A DNA stretch of 64,000 nt from Octopus sinensis (Eukaryota), in NCBI RefSeq assembly GCF_006345805.1, contig NW_021836299.1, positions 8,120 through 72,119 of the forward strand, written 5' to 3'. Positions 12,786-27,985 of this stretch are shown in pieces. Every line of letters begins with the position of its first letter. The first letter of the stretch is position 1. The notes under the pieces were generated by a model. It had not been told where the DNA came from, did not search any database, and saw only the letters and a program-made list of their open reading frames with translations. The translations under genes and the position numbers were made by a program.

Positions 12786-13859
12786 ACATGCGTACGTACG
12801 TTCATAAATCTTTCTCCGTCATCTTTCCAGGGCTTTGGAGACATGTAGAGACTAAGAGACTAAGGTCCTCAGACAGGAAGATACTAAGATCCTCAGGCAG
12901 GAACCCATGTCTGAATCGATCGTTGTGAGAGACCAGACACTCAATTGTTCGTTCAATTGAACAACCTACAAAAGGGGTTGAATATTCCGCAGACACATGT
13001 ACCATTGGCGTTATGATCGGGGGAAACTGGGGTGAGATAGTTTATGATGATTCAAGGTTGTACTTTTGAATCACAAGTCCACTCCTTTAGAAGGGCTTCT
13101 CTATATTTTCCATCTACCCGATATAACCCAGTAGGTATGTGTCGATGCGAGGATATGAAAGGTGATATCCGCACAATATGCTACGCAATGGGATCGAAAC
13201 CGGGATCTTGTGGTTACGATGCGTACTTCTTAGCCAGTTGGCCGATTTTTATATGTTGTGCAGATATTAATGTATGAGTAGTATACACATACATACATAC
13301 ATACATACATATACATACACACAATATATATATATGTGTGCGTATGTGCGTATAATATATGTATATATACACACATACACATGTACATATACAGATATAT
13401 ACACATGCATACGCTAATAAATATTTATATACATGCACGCATAAACGTATACTTATACAAATATATATGTGTGTTTGCGCGTGTGTGTATATGTATATAT
13501 GCATAATATATATACGTGTATGTATATATGTGTGTGTGGGAATGTGTGTGTATGTATGTAACTCATTGAAATATCTGTACACAAACACGTACACATACAT
13601 CTCCGCACTTGTTTAAATACGCATTCTGACACAGACCCACACACGGACGCGCGCGCGCAAGCACGCACGCACGCACGCACGCACGCGCACACACAGATTG
13701 CCAGATTGGTCTGTGATGTGTAATAGCTGCGACTCTGGCCTTTCCTTTGATAATGAGAAAGCAGTCTCATTGCAAAGGATGTAACAGACATCAATGGAAT
13801 TTCGTTTCATGTTGGCCAAGAATCAGTGACGTTGGATTAATTCTAGTGTAATCGTGTCA

Positions 13860-14719
13860 CCGGGGGCATGGGATGGGATAGAGAGGAGAAGAAGAGGGGG
13901 TGGGAGAGGAGGTGGAAGATATAGATTGGAAGTAGTAGTAGTAGTAGTATGAGGAGGTGGAGGAGGAGGAGGAGAAGGAGGAGGAGGAGGAGGGATGGCG
14001 GGTGAGAATAATGAATAAAGAGCGGGGGCGGGGGGGAGAGGGACGAGGAGATGTAAGGAGAAGGAGAAGGAGAAGGAGAAGTAGAGAAGGGAAGGATAGA
14101 TAAGGAAATGATGTTAGATGAGATGCAGAAAGTAGTAAAGAGGTAGGGAGAGGGGGGAAAGGGAGGGGCAAGCACGTTAACTAGTCGCGGTAGTCCTTCA
14201 TGATGATGGTGGTGGTGGTGGCGGCTGTGGTAGTGGTGGTGGTGGTGGTAGGATGATGATGACGAAGATGATGGTGATGATGATGATGATGGTGATTAAG
14301 AAGCGACGATAACAACAACGATGATGATGACGATGACGACGACGACGATGACACGACAATAATGATATTGGCGATAAAATTTATTACGATCATGGTGTTG
14401 GTGATGATGATGATGATGATGATGATGACGACGGTAAAGGATACAGCTTGTGGCAATGACGGTGCTGATGACAATGATGATGATGATGATGATCAGGATG
14501 AGGATGACGGCGATGATACAGATGATGGCGATGATGACGATGATGATGATGATGACGATGATGATAATGGTGGTGATAATGAAGAGGATGATGACGATGA
14601 TGCCGAATCGTCGACGACTACGCATTCATTAAAGGAAATGATGATAAAATATATGAAGACGACGATGACGATTACTGCGATGATGATAATGATGATGGTG
14701 ATGATAATGATCATCATCC

Positions 14720-14786
<67 letters not shown>

Positions 14787-15111
14787 AATCATCGTCGTCG
14801 TCGTCATCATCATCATCATCATCATCATCATCGTCGTCGTCGTCGTCATCATCATTATAATCGTCATCGTCATCATCATCATCATCATAGACAAGTCTAT
14901 GACGATGGACGGTTGGAGCGAATATGATTGGCTGCTACTGATGTGCTTTTTTCCTTTGCGCTGTTGTTATTGCTCGGTGGTGGCTGTGGTGTGGTGATGG
15001 TGGCGGTGATAGCGATAGTGGTGATGGTCGATTCGGTAGTAACAGATAGGGCGGGGAGGGAATAAAAAAGCTTTGGATGTAAAGACAGTAGTGATATTTC
15101 GTTGTTGATGT

Positions 15112-15193
<82 letters not shown>

Positions 15194-16213
15194 GCTGTTG
15201 TCATTGTTGTGAACACACTGCTATGAAGAGAGAAACATCTAGTCAATATTGGATAGCGAAACAACCCTTGTGAACCGTTAGTGGATATTGTTGTTGTTGC
15301 TCTAATGTTATGTAGTGCATTTGCGTAGTAATATATAGTTCCGTATGGCGAGAGAGTAATTATTGCAAGGTGGCGGTTGTGTGGCTGTCGTTAGGGTTAA
15401 TGCTAGTGAAGTGTAGCGGAATGTTTTCAAAATTTTCCATACTTCAAGTGGATGTTAAATAATGCTTCAAGACCAGAATACACACCAATATTTCAATATT
15501 TACAAGTAATAAAGCGATTGGTTTGATCTTTTCGTCGGAGTTCGGTTACTTCCGTCTGTCATGGTGATAGTCACGTTGTTCAAGGTATATTGGTGCTAGC
15601 CATATTAGTATTGGTGGTGGCAGTGGTGGTGGTGATGGTGGTGGTGGTGGCGGTGGTCGTCGTCGTCGTCGTGTTATTGCTTCTTAATGCTGTTGAATAG
15701 TGTGATGATACTTGCCATTGCGTTTTAATACTAATTTAATACTGCTTTAGAATTGTGGTTGATATTTTTGCTGTTGTTGTTGTTGCGGTTGTGGATTGTT
15801 TGTTCTTGTTATTGTTGATGATAATGATGACTGATGATGATAAGGGTCGTAGCGGTGGTAGTTTGCGAAGTGATGAGCGTAATATATTCATGACGTTGAC
15901 GACGATGATGATGATAATGTTGACGACGACGACGATAACGACGACGACGATAACGACGACGACGATAACGACGACGACGATGATGTTAATGATGATGTGG
16001 ACAACGTCCGATGACGACGACGTCGATGATGGTGGTAGGTGTGGGTGTGGGGGGGTCGTCGAGGTCATGGAGGTGGAGGTTGTTGTGGTGGCAGTGTCGC
16101 CGGCGACAGCCGTGGAATTCGGGGCGTCGACGGCAGCAGCCGTGATGATGGTAGTGGTGGTGGTGGTGGTGGTGGTGGTGGTGGTGGTGTCGGCGGTAGT
16201 AGTAGTAATGGGA

Positions 16214-16249
<36 letters not shown>

Positions 16250-16260
16250 CTTTTGATCTT
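13860..16260. repeat. Low-complexity block: purine-rich GGA/AGA tract, GAT/CAT mosaics, (TGC)(TGT)n, GAC/GGT mosaics
   Basis: Direct reading; the ORFs here are homopolymeric peptides. Confidence 0.9.
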
Positions 16261-17055
16261 GATATCGGAGTAGCTTTTCAGAAGTAAGACTGGTAAAGAG
16301 AGAAAGCCGCCCAATGTTGTTTGCATGGCCTTCACCACCAACGGAAAGACTACATCTTAAACGGTTAAAGCATTAGGAAGCTAGAGCTGCGTGTGCATCA
16401 GAATATCATGTTTTCCTTAGAATACAGATCTCGTCTGTATGCATGCAACAGCATGTAGTGAACCCCATTAAAGTCACCCAAGAACTGCATGATAACATTC
16501 TTAGTCAGAGTGACATATTAAGGCACAATGGCTGTTTTGTGTTGTTGCATTGATGAGAAATGAGCTGAACGCCATGATTAAATTTCAGACTATTGTCCTG
16601 GTGTTTGTTTTACCGACTTAAGACGACCGACAAGATTATCTTTGGCGAAATCAGCGTTTCCAATCAAGTGAGGCATCCGCCTCTGTTAATACCGAGATTG
16701 ACTTTGTCATTCAACCATCACATTCAACCAAAACAATTCTCAAGATTGCAAACAAAAGTAGAAATATTTGATATAGACACAAAATAATGATAATTGATGT
16801 GCTGCAGTTGGAAATGAAATTGTCTGCGATAAGCCATCGTCTTTTTTACAGTGAAGTTATTATAAAACGCATGACAGTAGATTACTTAAAGTCATACACA
16901 CACTCATACGCACACACGCGCACACAAGCACACACATATACGTATATACATGTATGCAGGCGTAGAAGTGGCTTGTATCATTATCATTCATCTCATTAAT
17001 GTCCGTGTCCAGCTACCTTACACTATGTACTGCCTCTATGGCAAATTTAATAAAA

Positions 17056-17225
17056 TAAAGTAGCCTGCTTACCAACCACGTGATTCTGGGTTCAGTCCCA
17101 CTGCGTGGCACTTTGGGCAAGTGTCTTCTACTATAGCCTCGGGCCGACCAATGCCTTGTCAGTGGATTTGTAGACGGAAACTGAAAGAAGCTCGTCATAT
17201 ATATATGTGTGTGTGTGTGTATATG

Positions 17226-17257
<32 letters not shown>

Positions 17258-17468
17258 TTATGTATGTGTGTGTGTATATGTTTGTGCCTGTGTTTTTCCC
17301 CCAACATCGCTTGACAAACGATGCTTTTATGTTTAGGTCCCCGTAACTTAGCGGTTCAGCAAAAGAGACCGATAGAATAAGTACTAGGCTTACGAAGAAT
17401 AAATCGTGGGGTTGATTTGCTCGACTAAAGGTGGTGCTTCAGCATGGCCACAGTCAAAAGAGTAAAGA
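17056..17468 (+). mobile_element. SINE family B
   Basis: GCTTACCAACCAC...GGTTCAGTCCCACTGCGTGGCAC...GAAACTGAAAGAAGC, (TG/TATG)n, then the tail CGCTTGACAA...AGCATGGCCACAGTC. Confidence 0.9.
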
Positions 17469-17689
17469 GAATGTATGTATATATACTGTGTGTGTGCATA
17501 TGCGTGTATATATGCATATATACTACATATGTATACAAATACATCCTCAGAAGCACACATATATACATATATACACACACATATAACTGAACGCTGGTAT
17601 GGCTGTGAGAAGTTTCTGGTTCAATCTGACAGCGTTCTCTATTCAACTATTCAACTAGTGTCTTTGTATTTCAGACTCGGCTCAGGGTG

Positions 17690-18480
17690 ACCCAAGCATT
17701 AGTGCGGCGGAAACCCATTTACGTATCATTATTATGTTAATGTGCTTCGTGGTGTGGGTTTTTATTTTCAATGCTTGTATGTTTAATGTACGAGTCATGC
17801 CTTATTAGCATTCGATTGAAGTTTGTAATATCTATGTAATGGGTGCAGTTGAGTTTCATGTATATTATAATACTGTTCTATTTTAGCAGACTGTAATTTG
17901 GGGTTTGCGGTTAGCCTGTCATATGATTGCTTTATTACTTTTAGTATTTTGGCAGTTTATATCCATAAAGATGCCCAATAATGAAGTATGCTTCAGTTTT
18001 TTTTTTTTTGTTCATTTTTTTCTTATATTTACGCGTTTTCACTTCTTTTGTGAAGTGTTATAATTTTCCAGTGTTCTTTATATTCTGCACGAAACACTGT
18101 CTTTGAGAGGGGAGATTAGTGGGTGTACTTCCGCTTGTTATTTTATGATTTGTTGTGATGTATGCCAAGTCTATGTGAGTTTATGATAAATGCTGTTGTA
18201 GTCTATCTGTGTTTGCGTAAGTATAGAATTTTTTAACGATTCTAGAATCATCTGAGTGATACGTCGTGTCAGTGCTTCCGTAGTGATGCGTAGTGTCGGT
18301 CTTCCACGTGTCATGGCTGGAATTGCAAGATGCTTTGTTCGTTTCTGTGACTCGAATTTTTATTGCTTCACTGGTTCTAGCGCTTCGACTTTGACCATTC
18401 TGTTCACTATTGTGGAATATTATGTGAAGGACTCAATCTGGGTTTCATACAATTTTAAGACATTGGGGAATTTTTATTCA
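17690..18480 (-). mobile_element. Possible very old LINE fragment (ORF1 end plus start of an APE endonuclease)
   Basis: Stop-riddled DINCQNTKSNKAII*QANRKPQITVC*NRT resembles the NxxSIxxNKxEL...KPQII...ET start of APE domains, with a GFxxPP-like piece downstream. Recognised by eye only. Confidence 0.3.
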
Positions 18481-18574
18481 TTCTTTTCTGCAGGTCTAGT
18501 ACAAATGCCAGCTTGGTGTCTGGCGCGAATACGAGCACCAAAAACTGCAATATAAAAAGGGCTCTCTCACTCTC

Positions 18575-18655
<81 letters not shown>

Positions 18656-19544
18656 GATGTTATGTGATGGATGATCCACTAGATCAAAAGTGAAAGTTTT
18701 TACAAGGTATCTATATCTACTCCCGAGCACATCGACAGAAATTAGCGAAATCTTGGTAATAATCTCAACAAACCAGACGACTATCCGAGTAATGTACACG
18801 TTGCAAGAGGTAGCGCTCTTACAAACAGACACATTGACATGTTTAATAACGGTCAAGTAGATTGGGAAAATGTTTTGCTGTTTGCTGCCTCAGGAAATCA
18901 CTTAACTCCTTCTTAAAATCATTCGAAATATCCAACATCTACTGAAACGAGCTAATCAATAAGCTTCCAGTGATTTATAGTGCGAACTATGCCCGCCTGA
19001 TCCTCAGAGTGGACAAGCAATTAATTTTCACGGGTGTAATATATAACATAAAATTAGCTAGTGGATGTAAATGCTTTTGTGTATATACACTTGTGTATAC
19101 TATCATGCGTGTAAGTTTTAGAGCGTACGATTATGTATGTGTATTTAGCGATTTACAAAAAAAAAAAGCTAACCGTATGTCGAAAACTAATTATGTTTAC
19201 ATAAATAATTTTTCAAGTCGTACGATTAACTATATTTTATATAATGACGAATACATGTGTCCATGGGAAAGTATGTATATAAATAGCAGCATGGATACAC
19301 ATACACACACGCACACACACACACACCTGCATGCATATATGTATATGTAAGAATGTTACATTATATGTATGCCTGTGTGTGAGTGTGTGTGGGCGCGCAT
19401 ATGGGAATATATATATATATACATATGAATGCGTGAATATATGTATATATCTTCATGCATGTATGTATCTATTTATCTATATATAATTATGCACAAACAC
19501 GTATCCATACATATGTATATATGTATGTATATATAATATGTGTG

Positions 19545-19576
<32 letters not shown>

Positions 19577-19710
19577 ATATATATGTGTGTGTGTGGTGTG
19601 TGTATAGATATTATTGTTTATATGCTCACACATAATTTATGTATCTATACATACTATATATATATATAATATATTATAATATATATATATATATATACAT
19701 ACATATATAT

Positions 19711-19741
<31 letters not shown>

Positions 19742-20229
19742 CATACGTACATATATATATATATATATATTATAAATGCATACATACATTCTCACTCATA
19801 CACACACACACAGCACCACACACACACACAAACACGCACTCATATTAACAGAAAATAGTAATTAAAGTCCATAATATCATCACCATTAAAAAAATAACAA
19901 ACTAAAAATATAAAAAGAAAGACAAAAAAATATCACAGTCGCTACCGAAAGCGCTGACAGCGCCAACATAGCAAGCCAATGGCTATAAAGATTTTATCGG
20001 ATGATGTAAGACATTTTGTCTGCTTTCATTAATTACCAAACCACTAAACCGCAATAATTTTCATAAATCCATCGCTAGCTCATCAGCCAACAAAAGCAAC
20101 AATCACAGGAAGAGCAAACGCGAACACTTACATACACATGAGAAACTGCGTACGAAGGATTATGCCCAGTACGACGCTCGCCGCACGCATATGCGCCATA
20201 CATATTCACCGATATACATAAAGGGAAGG

Positions 20230-20475
20230 AGCATGACCTGGTGTTCAGGTTGTCGCACGGGCGATTGCCATATCGTAGGTTCGATCCCTCGACCAGGCGC
20301 GTTGTGCTTTTGAGAGAAAAAATATGTAATTTCACGTTACTCAAGTCACCCTTGCTTTGCTCGCCGAGACAGCCGGGTGACGTCATTTGAAGGTTAAAAC
20401 ACTACAAAAGCGCGTTGTGACCAGCGATGTGTAACAACATCTGATTGCCTGGTCGGTCACGAGATCGCGTGACAT
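20230..20475 (+). mobile_element. SINE: head H2 + tail T2
   Basis: B box GGTTCGATCCC, GCGTTGTGCTTTTGAG...ATTTCACGTT, then GGTGACGTCATTTGAAGG...TGTGACCAGCGATGTG...GGTCGGTCACG. Confidence 0.75.
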
Positions 20476-20919
20476 AAACTGATACTGTAGTTTGGATGCC
20501 TGCGCGAGGCTCGGCAACGTCGTTTGGAAAATGAAAAGGCTCTGGGCTTCCCATACAGATGAAAGAAGGCGTTTCGTTAACAATGTGAAGATGGAAAGGA
20601 ATCCTGTAACAATATTAAGAGCGAGAATGAGACTAAAATGAACAGGAACAGGATTGCAACAAGTGTAAGAAACAGTGGAATAATATAATAGAAAATGCAA
20701 TGACTACAACTTCTGCAATCACAGCAGCAGTACCAACAGTCGCAATTATAACTGCAACAAAAGGCTGCTTCGATTTAAAAGGATAATTACAGTGAGTAGC
20801 AATATGGGACCTCGTTTGAAAAAAAATAGACAAAAGAGAGGCGTCAACAATTAAAAATAAACTATTAGACCATAAAAACTGACAGACAGAGAGTCAGATA
20901 GAGAGACAGACAGACGTGA

Positions 20920-21060
<141 letters not shown>

Positions 21061-21166
21061 ACAGATGGTTAGGACTGTGAGCTAGTCCATGAAAAACACA
21101 CACGCACGCACACACTCGCAAACACACACACACACAAACACACACACGCAAACATATATATATATA

Positions 21167-21532
21167 TAGGCGCAGGAGTGGTTCCGGGTTCAGTCCCACT
21201 GCGATGCATCTTGGGCAAGTATCTTCTACTATAGCCTCGGGCCGACCAAAGCCTTGTGAGTGGATTTGGTAGAAGGAAACTGAAAGAAGTCCGTCGTATA
21301 TATGTATATATATATATATGTGCGTGTATGTTTGTGTGTCTCTGTTTGTCCCCCTAGCATTGCTTGACAACCGATGCTGGTGTGTTTATGTCCCCGTCAC
21401 TTAGCGGTTCGGCAAAAGAGTCCGATAGAATAAGTACTGGGCTTACAAAGAATTAGTCCCGGGGTCGAGTTGCTCGATTAAAGGCGGTGCTCCAGCATGG
21501 CCGCGGTCAAATGACTGAAGACATAAAAGAGA
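21167..21532 (+). mobile_element. SINE family B with an internal deletion in the head
   Basis: AGGCGCAGGAGTGG joined directly to TTCCGGGTTCAGTCCC; full tail present. Confidence 0.9.
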
Positions 21533-21548
21533 GTATATATATATATAC

Positions 21549-21619
<71 letters not shown>

Positions 21620-22134
21620 TATAATATATCTATATATATTTTATATGTATGTATAAATGCATATATTCATGTGTAAGTATGTATGTATCTTTGTGAGTGT
21701 CCGTGCTGTACAGTTATATGGAGTTGTATACATATGCATTATCCTTACACATACATTATCCTTATTTAAATAGAAATTTAACAAGTAGAAACAGCGATAA
21801 TACATAAAGTCAAAGAAAAAACTGCAAGGCAATTAAGAATGTAGTAGTAGTAGTAGTAGTAGTAGTACTGGTAATGGTGGTGGCGGTGGTGGAGGTTGTG
21901 GTGGCGGTGATAGTAGTTATGGTAATGAATGTATAAAAATTTTTCAGCTAAATTCCAAACATCGCCTAACAATGGAACTTTTCTTATGCGAAGTATAATA
22001 AATGAATATATATATACATATACATACATCATACACACAACAACACACACACACACACACACATACACACACACACACATATATATATATATATTGTCTG
22101 TGTGTATATATATATATATATGCATATATATAGG

Positions 22135-22167
<33 letters not shown>

Positions 22168-22262
22168 AAGTATACTATATAATATACGTATATTATGCAT
22201 ATATATATTGGACATATATATATATATATATATACTACACATACATACATACATACATACAC

Positions 22263-22319
<57 letters not shown>

Positions 22320-22700
22320 GTATATATATATATATCTATATATATATATAATATATATATATATATTATATAATTATATATATATATATATATAATAAAT
22401 GAATCTATGCCCACGCATATTATCCATACCGTCTGCAAGTGAGCCTGGACTGCGAAACTGTATCAATAGGATGAGTAACAGAACCAAAACAAACAATCGC
22501 ATAGACAAAAGAAAACAAGCAACAGTAAGAACACTCAAACGGTCGGAGGATATGGTGACGACGACGACGACGAGGACGACGACGACTACGACGACGACGA
22601 CTACGACGGCGACTATGACTGTGGTGATGATGATGATGATGATGATGATGATTTGAAGGAGGAGGAGGAGGAGGGGAGTGATGATGATCATGGTAATGAA

Positions 22701-22746
<46 letters not shown>

Positions 22747-23370
22747 TTGATGATGAAATTGGTGATGATGATGATGATGATGGTAGTGATGAATGGGAGG
22801 CGGTTGTTAATGGTGGTTGTGGTGGTGATAATGATGATGATGAAGGTGGGTGGTGGTGGTGGTGGTGGTGGTGGTGGTGATAGTGGGGCGGTGCTGGCGG
22901 CGGCAGCGATGGCTATGGTGGTGGTGGTGGTGACGATGTGGATGATAGCGACGATATGGTGGTGAAGACGTTGTGTGGTATACGGGGTGAGACGGTGATA
23001 AATAATACATCGTCTGCCTCGGATTCGCTAGGGTGTTTAACGACAAAGAAGTGTCATGTGATGAATGACAAAGAAAACCAAAACAAAAAAACCGCAAAGA
23101 ACCAACAGTACAGTGAACAAAACAAGGAACAACAATAACAATGACAACATCAACAACAACAAACTCACCACTATCAAACCTATAAAAGTAAAATGGAAAA
23201 AATTGCCCAAGGCTTGTAACTAGTAATAACACTACTCCACCGAATTGATACTTTACCCATCCAAAATTGAAATTACCCCATCGCAAGTAAATTAAAATAA
23301 GAATAAGAAAATAATAATATATAATAATGATATAAATAATAATAATAATAATAATAATACAACAACAATA

Positions 23371-23423
<53 letters not shown>

Positions 23424-23432
23424 GTAATAATA

Positions 23433-23473
<41 letters not shown>

Positions 23474-23505
23474 AAGAAGAAGCAGGAGGAGTGGAGGAGA
23501 AATAC

Positions 23506-23551
<46 letters not shown>

Positions 23552-23856
23552 GTAATAATAATAATAATGATAAAGACAACAACAACAATAACAATAATAA
23601 TAATGTCTTGAGATGTGAAAGAAATAGAAGAAGAAAAAAAGCAGAAATAAAGATGTTTGCATGGACGACTAAGTAGCTTCAACGGAAAAGGCTTCCATAC
23701 ATTCTTGTAAAAGTGTTGATGCAAAGTGAACAAATGAACATGGAAGTTCCACGGCGAATCAAAACCGGATGTCTATTTATATGGCCGTTGATATGTAGTC
23801 TCACATATATATATGCATATATATATATATATATATATACCACACACACATACATA

Positions 23857-23939
<83 letters not shown>

Positions 23940-24246
23940 TATTTCTTTCTGAGTATATGTATATTTTTGTGTATGTGTGTTTATGTGTATGTTTGTATAT
24001 GCAAATGAATGTGTTTCGGTCGGTATGAATATGCATATATATATATATCGGTATATATACAAACATACACACGCATAAACATACATTTCTATGAATGAGT
24101 ACACATACACACACGCGCGTGCACACACACACACACGCGCGCGTGCACACACACACACACACGTATATATATATATATATATATATAAATTATCTGCATT
24201 CACATATATTTATCTGAATGTATATAAGAATGATTTTGGTTCTTGG

Positions 24247-24278
<32 letters not shown>

Positions 24279-24358
24279 CATATACATATATGTGTGTGTG
24301 TATATACATATATGTGTGTGTGTATGTATATAGTGTGTGTATGTATATAGGCATGTAT

Positions 24359-24413
<55 letters not shown>

Positions 24414-24430
24414 CATATATATAATATATA

Positions 24431-24513
<83 letters not shown>

Positions 24514-24515
24514 CT
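21533..24515. repeat. Dense (TA)n/(CA)n/(GAT)n/(GGT)n/(TAA)n microsatellite block with short unique spacers
   Basis: Direct reading. Confidence 0.9.
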
Positions 24516-24917
24516 GTGCCTGTGTATGTATGTATGTATGCATGTCTTTGCAAACCATACTCTGCTCATTTAACAAGACCAAGAGTGATCAATATATATA
24601 GAAATGGAAACAATACAGTGAAGGTGATTATATATATCTATTATATGGACAACGAAGAAAGGAATTCAGCGGTACGGTCTGCATAGTAAACACAAATACT
24701 GCAATACACAATTTTGAAAGTTTCGTTTTAATGAAAATATTCCGGCAATTAGTTATCAAATTCTCTCTTTAGACGTGTTTGGTAATCTTAGAGCATATAA
24801 AAGAGCGAACTCCAATGGTGTTTGTTGGTAAAAAAATATTTAGGTATTGTTGATAATGTTGATAATGGTGAAATGTAGATGATCTGAGTTTTAAAGCCGC
24901 ACTGTTGATTGCAGCGG

Positions 24918-25148
24918 ATACCTATTTCTTTACTACCCACAAGGGTCTAAACACAGAGAGGACAAACAAGGACAGACAACCAGATTAAGTCGATTACATC
25001 GACCCCAGTGCGTAACTGGTCCTTAATTTATCGACCCCGAAAAGATGAAAGGCAAAGTCGACCTTGGCGGAATTTGAACTCAGAACACAGCGACAGACGA
25101 AATACCACAAAGCATTTCGCCCGGCGTGCTAACGTTTCTGCCAGCTCG
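24918..25148 (-). mobile_element. SINE family C, long-tail variant
   Basis: Reverse complement of 28385-28613. Confidence 0.9.
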
Positions 25149-25407
25149 ATACCATAAGTGAAGTATATTCTACTCAGTTGGAAACACCAAGGATGAGGCG
25201 TGCACGCACACACACACACACTCACACACACACATATCCACACACATACATAACTCGGCAGACCGCATGCGTAACAGCAAAAGAGACGGACCACACGATC
25301 ATTAGATTATGAAGACTGTCTGTCTGCCTGTCTCTCTGTCACTTTGTCTGTCTGACTGTCTCTCTATCTCTTTCTCTCTCTCTCTCTAAATATATATATA
25401 TATATAT

Positions 25408-25717
25408 GGAGGCGCAATGGCCAAGTGTTTAGGGCAGTAGACTCGCGGTTGTAGGATCGCAGTTTCGATTCCCAGACCTGGCGTTGTGCGTGTTTATTGA
25501 GCGAAAACACCTAAAGCTCCACGACGCTCCGGCAGGGGGTGGTGGCGATCCCTGCTGTACTCTTTCGCCTCAACTTTCTCTCACTCTTTCTTCTGTTGGC
25601 CTGTTCATTTAGCCATCGGGGTGGCGTCATTCGAAGACTAAAACAATGTGAAGCGCATTGTGACCAGCGATGTGTAGCAATATCTGATAGCCTGGTCGGT
25701 CACGATGATCACGGTGA
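25408..25717 (+). mobile_element. SINE: head H1 (GGAGGCGCAATGGCC, tRNA-like A/B boxes) + tail T2
   Basis: Head matches 25939 and 27603; the 3' part matches the tail of 20230. Confidence 0.85.
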
Positions 25718-25938
25718 TATATATAATAACAGGATGGAACACTCACATTTTGAACTAAGAGTCTCTCGACAGCGATTCCTTCAAGACTCGTTCTTTGAAA
25801 TTTATTAAACCTGTAACACCTAATGAACGACACTGAAGTTTGAGCAAATCGCTGTCAAAAAACTCAGAATTCCGAATGTAAATGATCCTTCCCGTATGAC
25901 TTAAATGTGTGTACCTGCGTGTATTTATGCGTGTGAGT

Positions 25939-26318
25939 GGAGGCGCAATGGCCCAGTGGTTAGGGCAGCGGACTCGCGGTCATAGGATCGCGGTTTCGAT
26001 TCCCAGACCGGGCGTTGTAAATGTTTATTGAGCGAAAATACCTAAAGCTCCACGAGGCTCCGGCAGGGGATGGTGGTGATCCCTGCTGTACTCTTTCACC
26101 ACAACTTTCTCTCACTCTTACTTCCTGTTTCTGTTGTACCTGTATTTCAAAGGGCCGGCCTTGTCACTCTCTGTGTCACGCTGAATATCCCCGAGAACTA
26201 CGTTAAGGGTACACGTGTCTGTGGAGTGCTCAGCCACTTACACGTTAATTTTACGAGCAGGCTGTTCCGTTGATTCGGATCAACCGGAACCCTCGTCGTC
26301 GTAACCGACGGAGTGCTT
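25939..26318 (+). mobile_element. SINE: head H1 + tail T1
   Basis: A box TGGCCCAGTGG, B box GGTTTCGATTCC; tail GTATTTCAAAGGGCC...AACCGACGGAGTGC. Confidence 0.9.
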
Positions 26319-26611
26319 CCATTCCATATGCGTGTGAGTGTGTATGTGTGTGCGCGTGCATGCATGTGGGTGTATGTGTGTGTGTGTGTTTGTGTGTTTG
26401 TGTGTTGGGTGCGTTCACACGTGTGCGTATGTATATATATTCCTAACATTTGACTTTTCATAAATGAAAGTGATGTTCAAGCCATATTTATAAGCTATTA
26501 TTTATAGCCTTATTTGATGTTCTTCCTTGACCACTGTACCAAAGAGATTGTTATTTCACATTCTCTGGAATGTTTATAAAATTCTTGTCACGTTAATAGG
26601 ACATATATATG

Positions 26612-26642
<31 letters not shown>

Positions 26643-26858
26643 TTGTGTGTGTGTGTATGTGTATGTGTGTGTATGTGTGTGTGCGTGTGTGTGTGTGTGT
26701 GTGCGTGCCTCATCCTTGGTGTTTCCAACTGAGTTGAATATACTTTACTTATGGTATCCACTGCAATCAACAATGCGGTTTTAAAACTCAGATCATCTAC
26801 ATTTCAGCATTATCAACATTATCAACATTATCTAAAATATATATATATATATATATAT

Positions 26859-26935
<77 letters not shown>

Positions 26936-26993
26936 TATATACTATATATCTATATATATATATATATATATACATATATGTATATATATATAT

Positions 26994-27060
<67 letters not shown>

Positions 27061-27102
27061 ACATACATGTATATCTATATATATATATATAATATATATA
27101 TT

Positions 27103-27522
27103 AGGCGTAGGAGGTGGCTGTGTAGTAAGTAGCTTGCTTACCAACCACATGGTTCCGAGTTCAGTCCCGTTGCGTGACATCTTGGACAAGTGTCTTCTAC
27201 CATACCTCGGGCCGACCAAAGCTTTGTGAGTGGATTTGGTACAAGGAAACTGAAAGAAGCCCGTCGTATATATGTATATATAAATATATGTGTGTGTGTG
27301 TGTGTGTATGTGTGTGTGTGTTTGTGTGTCTGTGTTTTTCTCCCCAACATCGCTTGACAATCGATGCTGGTGTGTTTGCGTCCCCGTAATCTAGCGGTTC
27401 GACAAAAGAGACTGTTAGAATAAGTACTAGGCTTACAAAGAATAAGTCTTGGCGTCGATTTGCTCGACTAAAGACGGAATTCCAGCATGACCACAGTCAA
27501 ATGACTGAAACAAAGAGTAGAA
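27103..27522 (+). mobile_element. SINE family B, near full length
   Basis: AGGCGTAGGAGGTGGCTGTGTAGTAAG...GACTGAAACAAAGAG. Confidence 0.92.
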
Positions 27523-27602
27523 GAGCTATTTAATATTTTGTTTATTTAATAGAATGTCACCTTAGTGTAAGCAGTTTTGTGTATAGTATGTCTTTCTTTG
27601 GT

Positions 27603-27985
27603 GGAGGCGCAATGGCCCAGTGGTTAGGGCAGCGGACTCGCGGTCGGAGGATCGCGGTTTCGCTTCCCAGACCGGGCATTGTGAGTGTTTATTGAGCGAA
27701 AACACATAAAAGCTCCACGAGGCTCCGGCAGGGGTTGGTGGTGAACCCTGCTGTACCCTTTCACCACAACTTTCTCTCACTCTTTCTTCCTGTTTCTCTT
27801 GTACCTGTATTTCAAAGGGCCAGCCTTGTCACATTCTGTGTGTCACGCTGAATCTCCTCGAGAACTACGTTAAGGGTACACGTGTCTGTGGAGTGCTCAG
27901 CCACTTGCACGTTAATATCACGAGCAAGCAGTTCCGTTGATCGTATCAGCTGGGACCCTCATCGTCGCAACCGACGGAGTGCTCC
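27603..27985 (+). mobile_element. SINE: head H1 + tail T1
   Basis: Colinear with 25939-26318. Confidence 0.9.

Noticed and set aside
20491-20641. Open frame LDACARLGNVVWKMKRLWASHTDERRRFVNNVKMERNPVTILRARMRLK*, phase-compatible with the 7555 exon
   Set aside because: The acceptor lacks a pyrimidine tract and abuts a SINE tail; no recognisable homology.
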